A stretch of 64,000 bases of DNA from Thermoplasmata archaeon (GCA_046758325.1 JBHHZZ010000003.1:12381-76380), one strand, 5' to 3'. Shown: positions 26,965 through 36,376, numbered from the stretch's first letter. Notes: generated by a model from the sequence alone, not told the origin. A program made the numbers and translations.

Positions 26965-28314
26965 CTAGAGAGCTATCGGCTTGCCTACCTCGGGCAGCTC
27001 TACCTTCTCTGCCAGCCCCACGAACAGTTGAGGATGCTCCGTGTGAATCGGAACCACCTTTCGCGGTCTCATCCTCTCCACCATCGTCTCCAGCTCGCTC
27101 CTACTAGCGTGTCCGCTGGCATGCAGCTGATGATGGTGCAATTCGAAGCGCTGGAGCCAAGCCCTGAGCACGGCGTCCTCGATGTCCTCCTCCTCAAAGG
27201 GCTCGCTCTTGGAGTGGATGAAGTGCCCTCCGGGGGTGGGGTCGATGTCCACCAGCTCCGTCAGATGGGTGAAGTCCAGCTGGAGGACAACCTCTCCCTG
27301 ATGCTCATGAATGTAGCGGGCGTCGACGGCCCTGTCACCTAGCTCCTCCTTCAGCTCTTTCTCCCAGCCACTCTCCTTCAACATGTTTCGAAAGTAGGCC
27401 TTCGCATCGTAGTCTCTGAAGACCTTGGGGAAACGGAGCCCCGTGTCGGTTTCCAGGGCCTTGAGGAGGAAGGCAGTCCTAGCCGAAGTAATGAACTGCC
27501 GGCCGACCTCCAGGGATGCCATGTAGAAGGTCCTCATCCTGTCGATGTCCCTTGGATAAGAGGTGGCAACCACCAATCGGCCCTGGGCTCCTCGAATGAC
27601 GTCGACTGCGCCCTCGAAGACCTCCTGCTCGGTGTAGTTCTTCCTCTTTTCCTTCGGAGCCATCCGGGTACCCTCTGTGATGAGGGCCATGGGGTGAGCG
27701 TCGGTCGCCGCCTCGAGAAAGTCGTCGGTCATTTCCCCATGAGGCCCGTGCCAGCGAAGGTCGCCAGTGTACACCACCGTCCCCTCGGAAGTGTGAATGA
27801 GGAAGCCGTAGGCGCCCGGTACGGAGTGGTCCACGTGAATAGGCTCCACTTCTAGACCATGGACGTCGATGGTGTCACCGGTGCGAAAGGTCCTGTAATC
27901 GTGGGGTCCCAGATTCACGCGAATGGCGCTTTCCTCCCAAGCCTTCGTGATGATCCTGGCGGTCTCCCCTAGGTGCACCGGTATGTTTCGGTCGATGAAC
28001 TGAAGATGGAAGATGTGGTCGAAGTGGGGATGGCTGATGAAGATTCCGTCGAAGACGGGCTGCTCCCAGTCCATCCCGGTATCCTCCAGCTTGGCCTCAT
28101 CATAAAGGCCTGGGATTCTGGGCATGAGGTCTAGGGCGAAGTAGTCCCGGAGGCCGAAGCGTTGCCTGGGGAGGAGCCATGGGTCCACAAAGTAGTCCTC
28201 GAGAAAGTCAAATGTCTGACCCATATCTAGGAAGATGCGCGCATCCCCGTCCTCCAAGAGGAACTTGTTTCCGCCAATCCTTGCCACGCCGCCATAGCAG
28301 GTCAACCGAGGCAT
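26965..28314 (-). CDS. Beta-CASP MBL-fold ribonuclease (archaeal RNase J-like)
   Basis: MBL motifs (ISHPHFDHIFH) plus beta-CASP motif C (LHASGHASRSEL) near the C-terminus. 449 aa. Confidence 0.7.
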   Translation of the reverse strand: MPRLTCYGGVARIGGNKFLLEDGDARIFLDMGQTFDFLEDYFVDPWLLPRQRFGLRDYFALDLMPRIPGLYDEAKLEDTGMDWEQPVFDGIFISHPHFDHIFHLQFIDRNIPVHLGETARIITKAWEESAIRVNLGPHDYRTFRTGDTIDVHGLEVEPIHVDHSVPGAYGFLIHTSEGTVVYTGDLRWHGPHGEMTDDFLEAATDAHPMALITEGTRMAPKEKRKNYTEQEVFEGAVDVIRGAQGRLVVATSYPRDIDRMRTFYMASLEVGRQFITSARTAFLLKALETDTGLRFPKVFRDYDAKAYFRNMLKESGWEKELKEELGDRAVDARYIHEHQGEVVLQLDFTHLTELVDIDPTPGGHFIHSKSEPFEEEDIEDAVLRAWLQRFELHHHQLHASGHASRSELETMVERMRPRKVVPIHTEHPQLFVGLAEKVELPEVGKPIAL

Positions 28315-28477
28315 CTGTGTGGGATTGGCCTACTTCCTACATGTGCCTTTTGTCATAATGTCGCACAACTTCCGGGAAGGGCTGAGAGGATGCTCAGTCC
28401 ATCATCCCCACGAGGGTTAGCCTCACCATGCTCGTCTGTGAAAGCTCTCCACGCACGTGGACAGGCCATGGCTTCTC

Positions 28478-29437
28478 TCAGTCGTCTTCCTCCGGTTCCT
28501 CCAACCTGGCTATCCTCCTGTAGCTTTGACGGAGCCTTCCGTATGACTTATCGGCATCGACCATTCTTCGATACGCATTGGAAAGATGGGTCTTCATCGT
28601 CTCCCAGTGGCCATCGAAGCCCTGGAAACGACGCTCCATCCTCTGTAGGCTCTCCTCGATATCCTCGGCTCGCTCTGCGATTTCCTGCGCCCTCACCGCC
28701 AAAGCCAGTATGTTGATGGAGGTGACTAGGGTGCTCGGAGAGACGAGGTTAACGCCCCGAGCCGCCGCATCCCTCATGAGATCCCCCTCTGCTTCTGTCA
28801 GGTACTGATACACCGCCTCCGCAGGGATGAAGCCCAGGGCGAAGGGGGCGCCGCCCTCCTCTGGCTTCACGTAGTCACCGGCAATCTTGTCCACGTGGCG
28901 CTGCACGTCCCTGGCGAACTCCTTGGCGCGTCGCCTCCTCTCCGCTTCGTCCTCAGTCTCCAGCATCCTCCGGTAGTTGTCCAAGGGAAACTTAGCGTCG
29001 ATGCACAGGATCCCCTCCGAGGTCTCGAGATGGGCGTCAGGAGTCCCGAAACCGGGCAGCTTCTGTCGGATGCCCACCTTCCCTGGAGGGAAGATGTCTT
29101 TGAGCAACTCTTCTAGCTGGAACTCGGCAAACTGGGCTCGACCTCTCTTGACCTCAAAGAGAGTCTGCAGACTCTTGGAGGAGCTGAGAATCTGCTGGGC
29201 GGTCGTCTTTATGGCTCCGAGATCCTTGTCCAGGCCAAGTTCCTTCACTGAGGTGGCGAAGGCACCTTTGAGGACCTCCGAGCTCTGGGCAAGGCTGGCA
29301 CGAAGGGCCGCTTCGAGGCTTGCGGTGTCATAGGCTGTCGGACCTCCGGAGAGGCGGAGGGCAATCCAGAGGAGAAGGAGAATGGATATCACTACGCCGA
29401 TAATTATCAAGAGATCAAACAGCTCTACCATCCTCAT
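28478..29437 (-). CDS. rmuC: RmuC family DNA recombination protein
   Basis: N-terminal TM anchor, a coiled-coil region, and a conserved RmuC nuclease-like core (ILCIDAKFPLDNYRRM...GFIPAEAVY...VNLVSPSTL). Confidence 0.75.
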   Translation of the reverse strand: MRMVELFDLLIIIGVVISILLLLWIALRLSGGPTAYDTASLEAALRASLAQSSEVLKGAFATSVKELGLDKDLGAIKTTAQQILSSSKSLQTLFEVKRGRAQFAEFQLEELLKDIFPPGKVGIRQKLPGFGTPDAHLETSEGILCIDAKFPLDNYRRMLETEDEAERRRRAKEFARDVQRHVDKIAGDYVKPEEGGAPFALGFIPAEAVYQYLTEAEGDLMRDAAARGVNLVSPSTLVTSINILALAVRAQEIAERAEDIEESLQRMERRFQGFDGHWETMKTHLSNAYRRMVDADKSYGRLRQSYRRIARLEEPEEDD

Positions 29438-29795
29438 CCTCCAAGGACGCTGTTTTTAGCGATCGAGCATGAAGGCGCTATGGTATGGATAAGCTTTTCC
29501 TGAGAATGGGAGCAAATGAGTAAGAACGTCTGGGCTGTTCTGATACTGTCTCTGACCGAACGAAGCAGTGAGCAGCAGCCCCCAGCCGTCCATCCCCTAC
29601 TGCAGCTGTCCCCGGCTCACGCCCAGCCTCGATGCGTTCCTCGAGCTTGTCTTTGCAATGTACTGTTGACACCCCACCGTTCCTCCTCCCCCATGGCATG
29701 TGGGAACCTCTCGAGCTCGTTCAGAGGATGGATGGAGACCCCATCGATCGGAACCATCGGGAGAAGTGATATACCAACGAGTCGATTCTCGATCC

Positions 29796-30149
29796 ATGAT
29801 ATCGAAGATCATGGATGTGGCAGTGGTTGTGTCAGATGCAAAGAAAGCCGCCGACTGGTACCGCGAGAATCTGGGTTTCGAGGTTGGAGGGGACCCTGAG
29901 GGCCACTGGGTAGTCGTCTATCCTCCGGGAGGGTCGGTGGGAACCCACCTGCACCTCTGCGGAGACTTCTATCCTGGTGAACCTGGGAACACGGGAATAG
30001 GATTGGTCACCGGAAATCTGGAGAAGACCTTCAAGACGCTTCGGGAGAGGGGTGTGGAGTTCACGGTCGATCCGAAGAAGGAGGATTGGGGCAACTACGC
30101 CATGTTCAAGGACATGGACGGGAACGAGTTTTGGCTCGTTGAGGAGTAG
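29796..30149 (+). CDS. VOC / glyoxalase family protein
   Basis: MISKIMDVAVVVSDAKKAADWYRENLGFEV has glyoxalase-fold beta-alpha-beta-beta-beta modules. The ATG at 29796 was chosen over the longer N-terminus. Confidence 0.7.
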   Translation: MISKIMDVAVVVSDAKKAADWYRENLGFEVGGDPEGHWVVVYPPGGSVGTHLHLCGDFYPGEPGNTGIGLVTGNLEKTFKTLRERGVEFTVDPKKEDWGNYAMFKDMDGNEFWLVEE

Positions 30150-30207
30150 GCCTGGCTGGTGCAGATAGAGGCTGCGCCACTTTCCGGGCCGATGTCATGG
30201 AGATGAT

Positions 30208-31260
30208 GTGGTGGAGGAGGTCAAAGTCGCCCTGATAGGGTTTGGAAACGTCGGCCGCGGGTTTTGCGAACTCCTGCGTCTGAAGGAAGAGACCCTTCTG
30301 AAAAGATACGACCTTCGAGTCAGAATCTTGGCAGTCTGCGATTTGAAGGTCGGCTCCGTGTACTCAGAGGATGGCCTCGACCCTTCGCTTCTCCTCAGTC
30401 TAGTCGCTAGAGGGAAATGTCTGGAGTCCTACCCTGCAGGCACCAAGGGCCTCAACGCCTTGGAGACAATCAAGCTTCCCGTGGACATCGTGGTTGAGAC
30501 TACCTGGACCAACCTAGAGACGGGGGAGCCAGGTCTCACCCATGTAAGGGAAGCTCTGAAGGCGGGGAGGGACGTCGTGACCACGAACAAGGGCCCCATT
30601 GCCCTAGCGTATGGGGAGCTTCGTGAGTTGGCGGTCAACATGGGTAGGCAGCTGCGCTTCAAGGGGACGGTGATGAGCGGGACCCCGAGTTTCGACTTGC
30701 CCTTGGAGACTCTGCCCGGCACAGAGGTCAACTCGATTGAGGGCATCCTCAACGGGACATGCAACTTCATCCTCGCTGAGATGACACATGGAAGGTCGTA
30801 TGAGGATGCTTTGCAGGAGGCGCAGGCCCGAGGTTATGCGGAGGCCGAACCTAGCGCTGATGTGGAGGGGTGGGATGCTGCGGCCAAGGCCGTCATCCTG
30901 GGCAACGTCCTGATGGATGGCCATCTGAGGGTCCACGACATTCCCAGGAAGGGCATCGTGGGCCTACGTCTGGAGGACCTGACGGAGGCAGGACGGCGAG
31001 GCTGCACAGTGAAGCTGATCAGCAGGGTCTGGATGGAAGGGGAGGAGGTCAAGGCTTCCGTGGCGCCGGAGGATGTGCCCAAGGACAGCTTATTGGGTAA
31101 CGTGAGTGGATCGCTGAACGGCCTCGTGCTCGACACGGACACCCTGGGCAAGGTAGCCATCGTCGGTCCGGGTGCAGGGGGAAGGGAGACAGGCCAGGCG
31201 GTCCTGTCCGATTTGGTGAGGGTGGCCCTTGACAGAAGGCCGCGTCGTCTGAGAGCCTGA
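30208..31260 (+). CDS. hom: Homoserine dehydrogenase
   Basis: N-terminal Rossmann motif VALIGFGNVGRG and a homoserine-dehydrogenase catalytic domain (NGTCNFIL...). 350 aa. Confidence 0.8.
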   Translation: MVEEVKVALIGFGNVGRGFCELLRLKEETLLKRYDLRVRILAVCDLKVGSVYSEDGLDPSLLLSLVARGKCLESYPAGTKGLNALETIKLPVDIVVETTWTNLETGEPGLTHVREALKAGRDVVTTNKGPIALAYGELRELAVNMGRQLRFKGTVMSGTPSFDLPLETLPGTEVNSIEGILNGTCNFILAEMTHGRSYEDALQEAQARGYAEAEPSADVEGWDAAAKAVILGNVLMDGHLRVHDIPRKGIVGLRLEDLTEAGRRGCTVKLISRVWMEGEEVKASVAPEDVPKDSLLGNVSGSLNGLVLDTDTLGKVAIVGPGAGGRETGQAVLSDLVRVALDRRPRRLRA

Positions 31261-31268
31261 GGGTGCCT

Positions 31269-32555
31269 TCACATGCTGAAGGCGCCGTTGACGAGATCGG
31301 CGATGGCCCCCGGAATGGAGACTGTCTTGGCGGCCTCCTTCAGCAGCACGCACGCCACCTTCTCCTTGGGAAGGCCGTCGATGGTATATATCCTCTCCAT
31401 CAGGTTGCAGAGAAGCTTGGGGTACGAGGAGTACAGCCTGGGGTTCTTGAGGTAGTAGGGAGCCCTTCGGAAGGTCACCAGATCCTCCATCACGGAATGA
31501 GCGCGAAGATTGGACTCGTAGGCCCGAAGGGTGGTGGCGGAGAAGTCTCCTGCTTCGCGGGCGAGCTCATAGGTTTCCGCCGCCGCCATGCCAGACACGA
31601 TGGCCAGGTCGACCCCGCGGAAGGTATACCCGTTATTGAGTAGGAAACCCGCGGCGTCACCCGCTACAAGGATACCGTCCCCGTAGCTTCGGGGCATCAT
31701 CCGGAGGCCCATGTCGGGTATCAGATGGGCCGAGTACTCCACGACCTTTCCACCCTTGACGAGACGCTGGACCACGGGGTGCAGCTTGAAGCTCTCCATC
31801 AGGTCGTGGATTTCGATCTTCCGCAGGCTTACCTCCTCCGCCTTGGCCACGATGCCTAGGGAAAGGGAGGACCTGTTTGTGTAGAGGAAACCACCGCCAG
31901 GGATCCAGTTGGTAGCATAGCCGGCGAAGACGTAGGCGCTCCCTTCCCCCTCTTCCAGGTTAAACCTTTCCTCGATGACCTTTTCAGGCAACTCGACTGT
32001 CTCCTTAACGCCGATGGAGACCTCGCCAGGGAGCATCTCGTCCCTGAGCCCGGCCGACTTGGCCAGGAGGGAGAGAGCACCGTCCGCCACTATCACCAGG
32101 TCGGCCTGAACCCTGTCCTTGCCTGCCACGAGCCCCTTCACGAGGCCGTGCTCCCGCCAGAGGTCGTCCACTTTTATCCCGGTAATCATCATAGCTCCGG
32201 CTTCTTCGGCCCGCTTTGCCAGCCACTTATCGAAGGAGCCTCGAAGGGCTGTGAAGCTGAGTACTGGGGACCCCGCGGTCCTCGGGGAGTCGTACTGGAG
32301 GGTTACCGCCGAATCGTCGTCCAGGAAGACCATGTTCTCCCGCGTGATGAAACGCTCGATGGGGGCCCTGTTCCAATCGTCCCCCAGGAGCTTCCTGAGG
32401 GAGTAGGAATAGATGCGGCCGCCGAACATGTTCTTCTGTCCAGGGATGTTGGCCCTCTCAACCAGGAGGACCTCGTAACCTCGCTTCGCAAGGGAGTAAG
32501 CGGCGGAACTGCCAGCGGGCCCCGCTCCCACCACGGCCGCATCGAACCTCTCCAT
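31269..32555 (-). CDS. Geranylgeranyl reductase family FAD-dependent oxidoreductase
   Basis: FAD motif DAAVVGAGPAGSSAAYSLAKRGYEVLLVER, second motif VAGDAAGF, and FixC/GGR family length. Start chosen at MERFD (32555). The track ORF extends to 32612. Confidence 0.8.
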   Translation of the reverse strand: MERFDAAVVGAGPAGSSAAYSLAKRGYEVLLVERANIPGQKNMFGGRIYSYSLRKLLGDDWNRAPIERFITRENMVFLDDDSAVTLQYDSPRTAGSPVLSFTALRGSFDKWLAKRAEEAGAMMITGIKVDDLWREHGLVKGLVAGKDRVQADLVIVADGALSLLAKSAGLRDEMLPGEVSIGVKETVELPEKVIEERFNLEEGEGSAYVFAGYATNWIPGGGFLYTNRSSLSLGIVAKAEEVSLRKIEIHDLMESFKLHPVVQRLVKGGKVVEYSAHLIPDMGLRMMPRSYGDGILVAGDAAGFLLNNGYTFRGVDLAIVSGMAAAETYELAREAGDFSATTLRAYESNLRAHSVMEDLVTFRRAPYYLKNPRLYSSYPKLLCNLMERIYTIDGLPKEKVACVLLKEAAKTVSIPGAIADLVNGAFSM

Positions 32556-32794
32556 GTGATCACCGGACAAGCGGTTGAAGACCTTCACGGTAAAATAAGT
32601 TGGCAACTTCACGGTTCTGTGGCATAATGGCTGGCGTTCGTCAGCCTAAGGAATCCCCGGAGGAATCTCCTCCGACTGGTAACCGCTGTAATCCGTGATC
32701 AGGGGCCTGAGGATACTGACTAGCGAATTGCCAAGGTTTCGAAATCTGTTGAACAATGCTTAAGAAAGCAGGGGAAGCATGGTGCCCCGATAGC

Positions 32795-33778
32795 ATGAGA
32801 GGCACGACAGCATCTCTGTTGGCGGGAGTGTTGCTCCTGTCCCTCCTGGCTCCTCTGGTTGCAGGCCAAGAGACTTCGGAGGGGGAGGACGGAAGCGATC
32901 AAATGGATGAGGAGTTTGAGAGCGCGTCCCGAAGGGTGGAAGTGGACGAGCTGGAAGGTGAGGTGGAAGTCAGATCCGTAGGTGCTGATGGTGACAGAAT
33001 TAGGATGAGGATCAGGGCCGATGAGGCGGAGTTGAGGCTCGACTTCCGCACGCCCGAGACCAACTTCACGGAGGTGGAGCTGGAGCTGGAGTTCAGGTCC
33101 ATCAGGGAGTACTTGGATGAGAACGGCGACGGGAGATTTGACAAGGGCGAGACGGTGGTTCAGGACTTCAGGGTGGACGACATGCCCTTCAGCGGTCCCG
33201 TTATCGAGGATGTCCCCGACGGGAGCAGGATTGAGCTCACGTATGAGACCTCAGGGTTCACCTTCAGGCTGATATTCTGGGTCTTCGGCAACCAGACCAT
33301 TCTCAACGGCACCCTGGTGAAGCCAACTGAGGTCAAGTTCGACCTCGCCGTACAGGATTTCCCCTTTGAGAGGGAGGACAGCAACCTCGCCGTCATCTTC
33401 AAGCTGGAGACTGAGGTGGAGCCCAGGATGAGTTCCGAGGCCGATCAGGAGATGCTGGAGGCCCTGAGCGGACGGTACGAGGGGTTCTTCCGCTGGTCCA
33501 CTGTGGCCGAGGTCGATGGTAGGACGGTGGACGTCAACTCCACAGTGATCAAGGTCGAGACGGAGATTGGCGGGGAGTTCGAGGTCGAGCGGACCATCGC
33601 TTTGTCCTATCCTCAAGGCTCCAGCGTGGTCCACGATCCAGTGGTCGGGATTGCGATGGCGACGACTGGCATGGAGATGGGGCTCCTTGGACTCATGATC
33701 ATAGTCGTTACTGTGGTCCTGATTTCCGTCGGGGTCGCTATCTGGCTGGCAAGTCGACACAGGGAGGCCAGAAGCTGA
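32795..33778 (+). CDS. Secreted acidic surface protein, paralog 1 (signal peptide, DxDxDG Ca-binding loop, C-terminal TM anchor)
   Basis: Features seen directly: signal peptide MRGTTASLLAGVLLLSLLAPLVAG, EF-hand/dockerin-like loop DENGDGRFDKGE, several N-x-S/T sequons, conserved YPQGSSVVHDPVVG, and a C-terminal TM segment with basic tail (IIVVTVVLISVGVAIWLASRHREARS). About 35-40% identical to the next gene. Confidence 0.7.
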   Translation: MRGTTASLLAGVLLLSLLAPLVAGQETSEGEDGSDQMDEEFESASRRVEVDELEGEVEVRSVGADGDRIRMRIRADEAELRLDFRTPETNFTEVELELEFRSIREYLDENGDGRFDKGETVVQDFRVDDMPFSGPVIEDVPDGSRIELTYETSGFTFRLIFWVFGNQTILNGTLVKPTEVKFDLAVQDFPFEREDSNLAVIFKLETEVEPRMSSEADQEMLEALSGRYEGFFRWSTVAEVDGRTVDVNSTVIKVETEIGGEFEVERTIALSYPQGSSVVHDPVVGIAMATTGMEMGLLGLMIIVVTVVLISVGVAIWLASRHREARS

Positions 33779-33947
33779 ACTGCTCCTCCCTCCACACCAC
33801 ACCGCCCCGGGACGGCGGATCCTCCCCACACCTCCATGGAGATGGCTTCAACAGGATGACGGTCTGGGATGGCCCGCGGGGGTCGCTGCGTTCGAAGGCT
33901 GAGGAAGAAAGCTTAAGAGGGTCCAGGTTCCATGGGGCTCTGGTAGT

Positions 33948-34967
33948 ATGAGAGGAGTCTGCGCCGGAATCCTCGCCACTGTCCTGCTCGTATCCATCCT
34001 CGGGCCCTTGGCGGCTACGGAGTCCTCCGATGACAGGGCGCTGAGCCATGAGGATGAGGAGTTCGAGAGCAGGCCGAGGACCGTGGAGGTAGATGTCGGT
34101 GGCGACAGGGTTGAGTTCAGGTCCATCGGGGCCGAAGGGGACAGGCTCAGGATCGAGTTCAGGGCCCAGGACGGGGAGTTGAGGCTCGACTTCACGGTAC
34201 CAGAGAACAACACCGTGGAGGTCCAGCTCAGGCTGACGGTGGAGGCCCTGATGGAGTACATGGATGGGGACGAATCGGGCAACTTCGACGTTGGGGAGGA
34301 GGTGGTTCAGACCCTCGAGGTTGACGAGATGCCCTTCGAGGTGGGTCTGCTGGAGGCAGTCGACGACGGGTATATAATCGGAGTGGATTACTTCCTGCAG
34401 GAGACGGACCTTCTCTTCGGCCTGACCTTCTGGATATTCGGGAACGACACTCCTCTTGAAGGAGCCATCATCCATCCGACAGAGGTGAAGTTCGATGTGG
34501 GCATCTCTTTCTTCCCCTTCGAGAGAGAGTTGAGCAGCCTGGCCCTGGTGGTGGAGATGCAGACAGAGGTTGAACCCAGGGCCAACTTCACCGGGACAGA
34601 GGTGGAGCTGGAGGCCGTCGGGGACAGGTACGAAGGGTTCTTCCGGTGGAACAAGATGGCGGAAGTCGACGAGACTCCCGCGACAGTAGGGTCAGCCGTC
34701 ATTAAGCGGGAAACGGAGTTTGAAGGCGGCCTGACAGAGCTGGAGGTCGAGAGAACCGTGGTACTGTCATACCCGCATGGCACGACAATCTTCCACGACC
34801 CAGCGGTGGGCGTCGCCGCTGTACCGATTCTGCCACCACCTCCACCGCCGCCCGAGGAACCGACGCCTATTCCACCCCTCAACGTCCTCACCTATGGGAT
34901 TATGCTCGGGTTTTCATCCCTTTTCGTGGTGGCGACCCTCCTTGCACGGCGAAGGAAGAGCGGCTAG
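33948..34967 (+). CDS. Secreted acidic surface protein, paralog 2
   Basis: Signal peptide MRGVCAGILATVLLVSILGPLAA, loop DGDESGNFDVGEE, and conserved block YPHGTTIFHDPAVG. A poly-Pro linker (PPPPPPPEEPTPIPP) precedes the TM segment and RRRKSG tail. Colinear similarity to paralog 1 throughout. Confidence 0.7.
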   Translation: MRGVCAGILATVLLVSILGPLAATESSDDRALSHEDEEFESRPRTVEVDVGGDRVEFRSIGAEGDRLRIEFRAQDGELRLDFTVPENNTVEVQLRLTVEALMEYMDGDESGNFDVGEEVVQTLEVDEMPFEVGLLEAVDDGYIIGVDYFLQETDLLFGLTFWIFGNDTPLEGAIIHPTEVKFDVGISFFPFERELSSLALVVEMQTEVEPRANFTGTEVELEAVGDRYEGFFRWNKMAEVDETPATVGSAVIKRETEFEGGLTELEVERTVVLSYPHGTTIFHDPAVGVAAVPILPPPPPPPEEPTPIPPLNVLTYGIMLGFSSLFVVATLLARRRKSG

Positions 34968-35118
34968 TCGGAGACCGTCGGAACAAGCTCTGGTGCTTTC
35001 GGCCCCCACCTCTATGCCTTATCCTTGGTCACTTGTGTAACCAAAAGCACTGCCCATTTTTCGCACAGCCGCGAACCAGCCTACAAAAGCTATTAGCGAG
35101 ACCCACCATGCGGTCCCC

Positions 35119-35391
35119 ATGGCCCTCCCCGCCGACATCCAAAGCGCGGCCATTGCCTTAGCGACCGTCCTCTCCCTGACCCTGGTGGTAATTGCAGCCC
35201 TCTCCTACTGGCGGGCTAGGGAGGGACGCATCCTCCTGATCTCCGTCGCCTTCGCCTTCTTCTTCGGAAAGAACCTCCTAATGTCATACCTCATCTTCAC
35301 GGAGAACATCGACAACCTCTTCCTCTATTCCGCCCTCTTCGACACCGCCGTCCTGCTTAGCTTCTACCTAGCCCTCTTCCGCAGGAGATAG
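35119..35391 (+). CDS. Small three-TM membrane protein (90 aa)
   Basis: Three hydrophobic helices. Ends 4 nt before the start of the double-wHTH regulator, so the two are probably co-transcribed. Confidence 0.5.
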   Translation: MALPADIQSAAIALATVLSLTLVVIAALSYWRAREGRILLISVAFAFFFGKNLLMSYLIFTENIDNLFLYSALFDTAVLLSFYLALFRRR

Positions 35392-35395
35392 GAGC

Positions 35396-35938
35396 TTGAG
35401 GGAGGTCCTGGATCTCGAGAGTCGCCGAAGAATCTTCGAGTTCCTGCAGCAGTATCCGGGCCTGCACCTGAGGGAGCTGGAGAGGCAGCTCGGCATGGAC
35501 GTGCGGGCCCTGAGGTACCACCTGGAGTTCTTGGAGAAACATGAGGCCATCACTTCCCTGATGCAGGAGGGATACCTCCGCTACTATCCCCGGCAGTGGG
35601 ACGAGGGCTACTTCCGGGAGAGGGTAGGGGCCTTCGAGAAGAGGGTGCTGGGGCTGCTGAGGCAGCGAATGCCCCTACACCTCATCCTTCTTCTCCTCGA
35701 CCAAGGGGAGATGTCCAGCGAGGAGCTCCAGACACATGCGGGGATAGCCCCATCGACCCTGAGCTACCATCTAAAGAAGTTGTCCAAGCTCCAGCTCATC
35801 GAGTCTAGGACTGAGGGCAAGAGGAAGATATACCGGGCAGGAGACCCTCAGGCCGTGGTCCAGATCCTGATGAAGTACAGGCCCACAAGGGACCTCGTAG
35901 AGGACTTCCTGGAACTCTGGGAGAAGATCGGACTATGA
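35396..35938 (+). CDS. Transcriptional regulator with two tandem winged helix-turn-helix domains (ArsR-like)
   Basis: Two repeats of the HTH-wing pattern: RRIFEFLQQYPGLHLRELERQLGMDVRALRYHLEFLEKHEAI, and LHLILLLLDQGEMSSEELQTHAGIAPSTLSYHLKKLSKLQLIESRTEGKRKIY. Confidence 0.6.
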   Translation: MREVLDLESRRRIFEFLQQYPGLHLRELERQLGMDVRALRYHLEFLEKHEAITSLMQEGYLRYYPRQWDEGYFRERVGAFEKRVLGLLRQRMPLHLILLLLDQGEMSSEELQTHAGIAPSTLSYHLKKLSKLQLIESRTEGKRKIYRAGDPQAVVQILMKYRPTRDLVEDFLELWEKIGL

Positions 35939-36376
35939 GTCGTGGGCCTGCGAGAGGCCCTCCACCATTCTCACGTTACTGTCGATACCCGCAATCATCT
36001 CTCGCTTTATCCTTGGCCAAAACAAGGGCAGGAAGGCCTTCAACCATCCCTTCCCCCTCACGTCCCCTAGAACTACGAGCTGCGTTCCCTCCACCACTGA
36101 GGCGAACATGTACTTCAGCCTGACCTGCACTATCTCGCCATAGTATTCGACCCAGTAGGAATCGGGCGGCCTGATCTTCACTCTTCCCTTCAACGTGAAG
36201 CGCCTGTTGAGGTACGCATACTCATCCTCTATCAGGAGCCCCCTTTCCATCCTGAAGGGGATGCGTCGAGAGAGTAGTGGGCCCTCCTCGCTCCCATCTT
36301 CCTCGGAGAAGGAGGTCCACCATCCGTATGCCAGGTCAAGGGGAACGTGGACGACAGTTACGTGGCGGAACCTCAT
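35933..36376 (-). CDS. Hypothetical protein, possibly SRPBCC-fold
   Basis: 147 aa. The weak resemblance to Bet v1/polyketide-cyclase-like folds is a guess. Clean ORF. Confidence 0.3.
   Translation of the reverse strand: MRFRHVTVVHVPLDLAYGWWTSFSEEDGSEEGPLLSRRIPFRMERGLLIEDEYAYLNRRFTLKGRVKIRPPDSYWVEYYGEIVQVRLKYMFASVVEGTQLVVLGDVRGKGWLKAFLPLFWPRIKREMIAGIDSNVRMVEGLSQAHDS

Noticed and set aside
29516-29899. 127-aa ORF overlapping the start of the VOC gene, and 73-aa minus-strand ORF at 29478-29699
   Set aside because: Both lie in the repeat-rich gap after rmuC, with Cys/Arg/Ser-rich translations and no support. The VOC gene has a better internal start.
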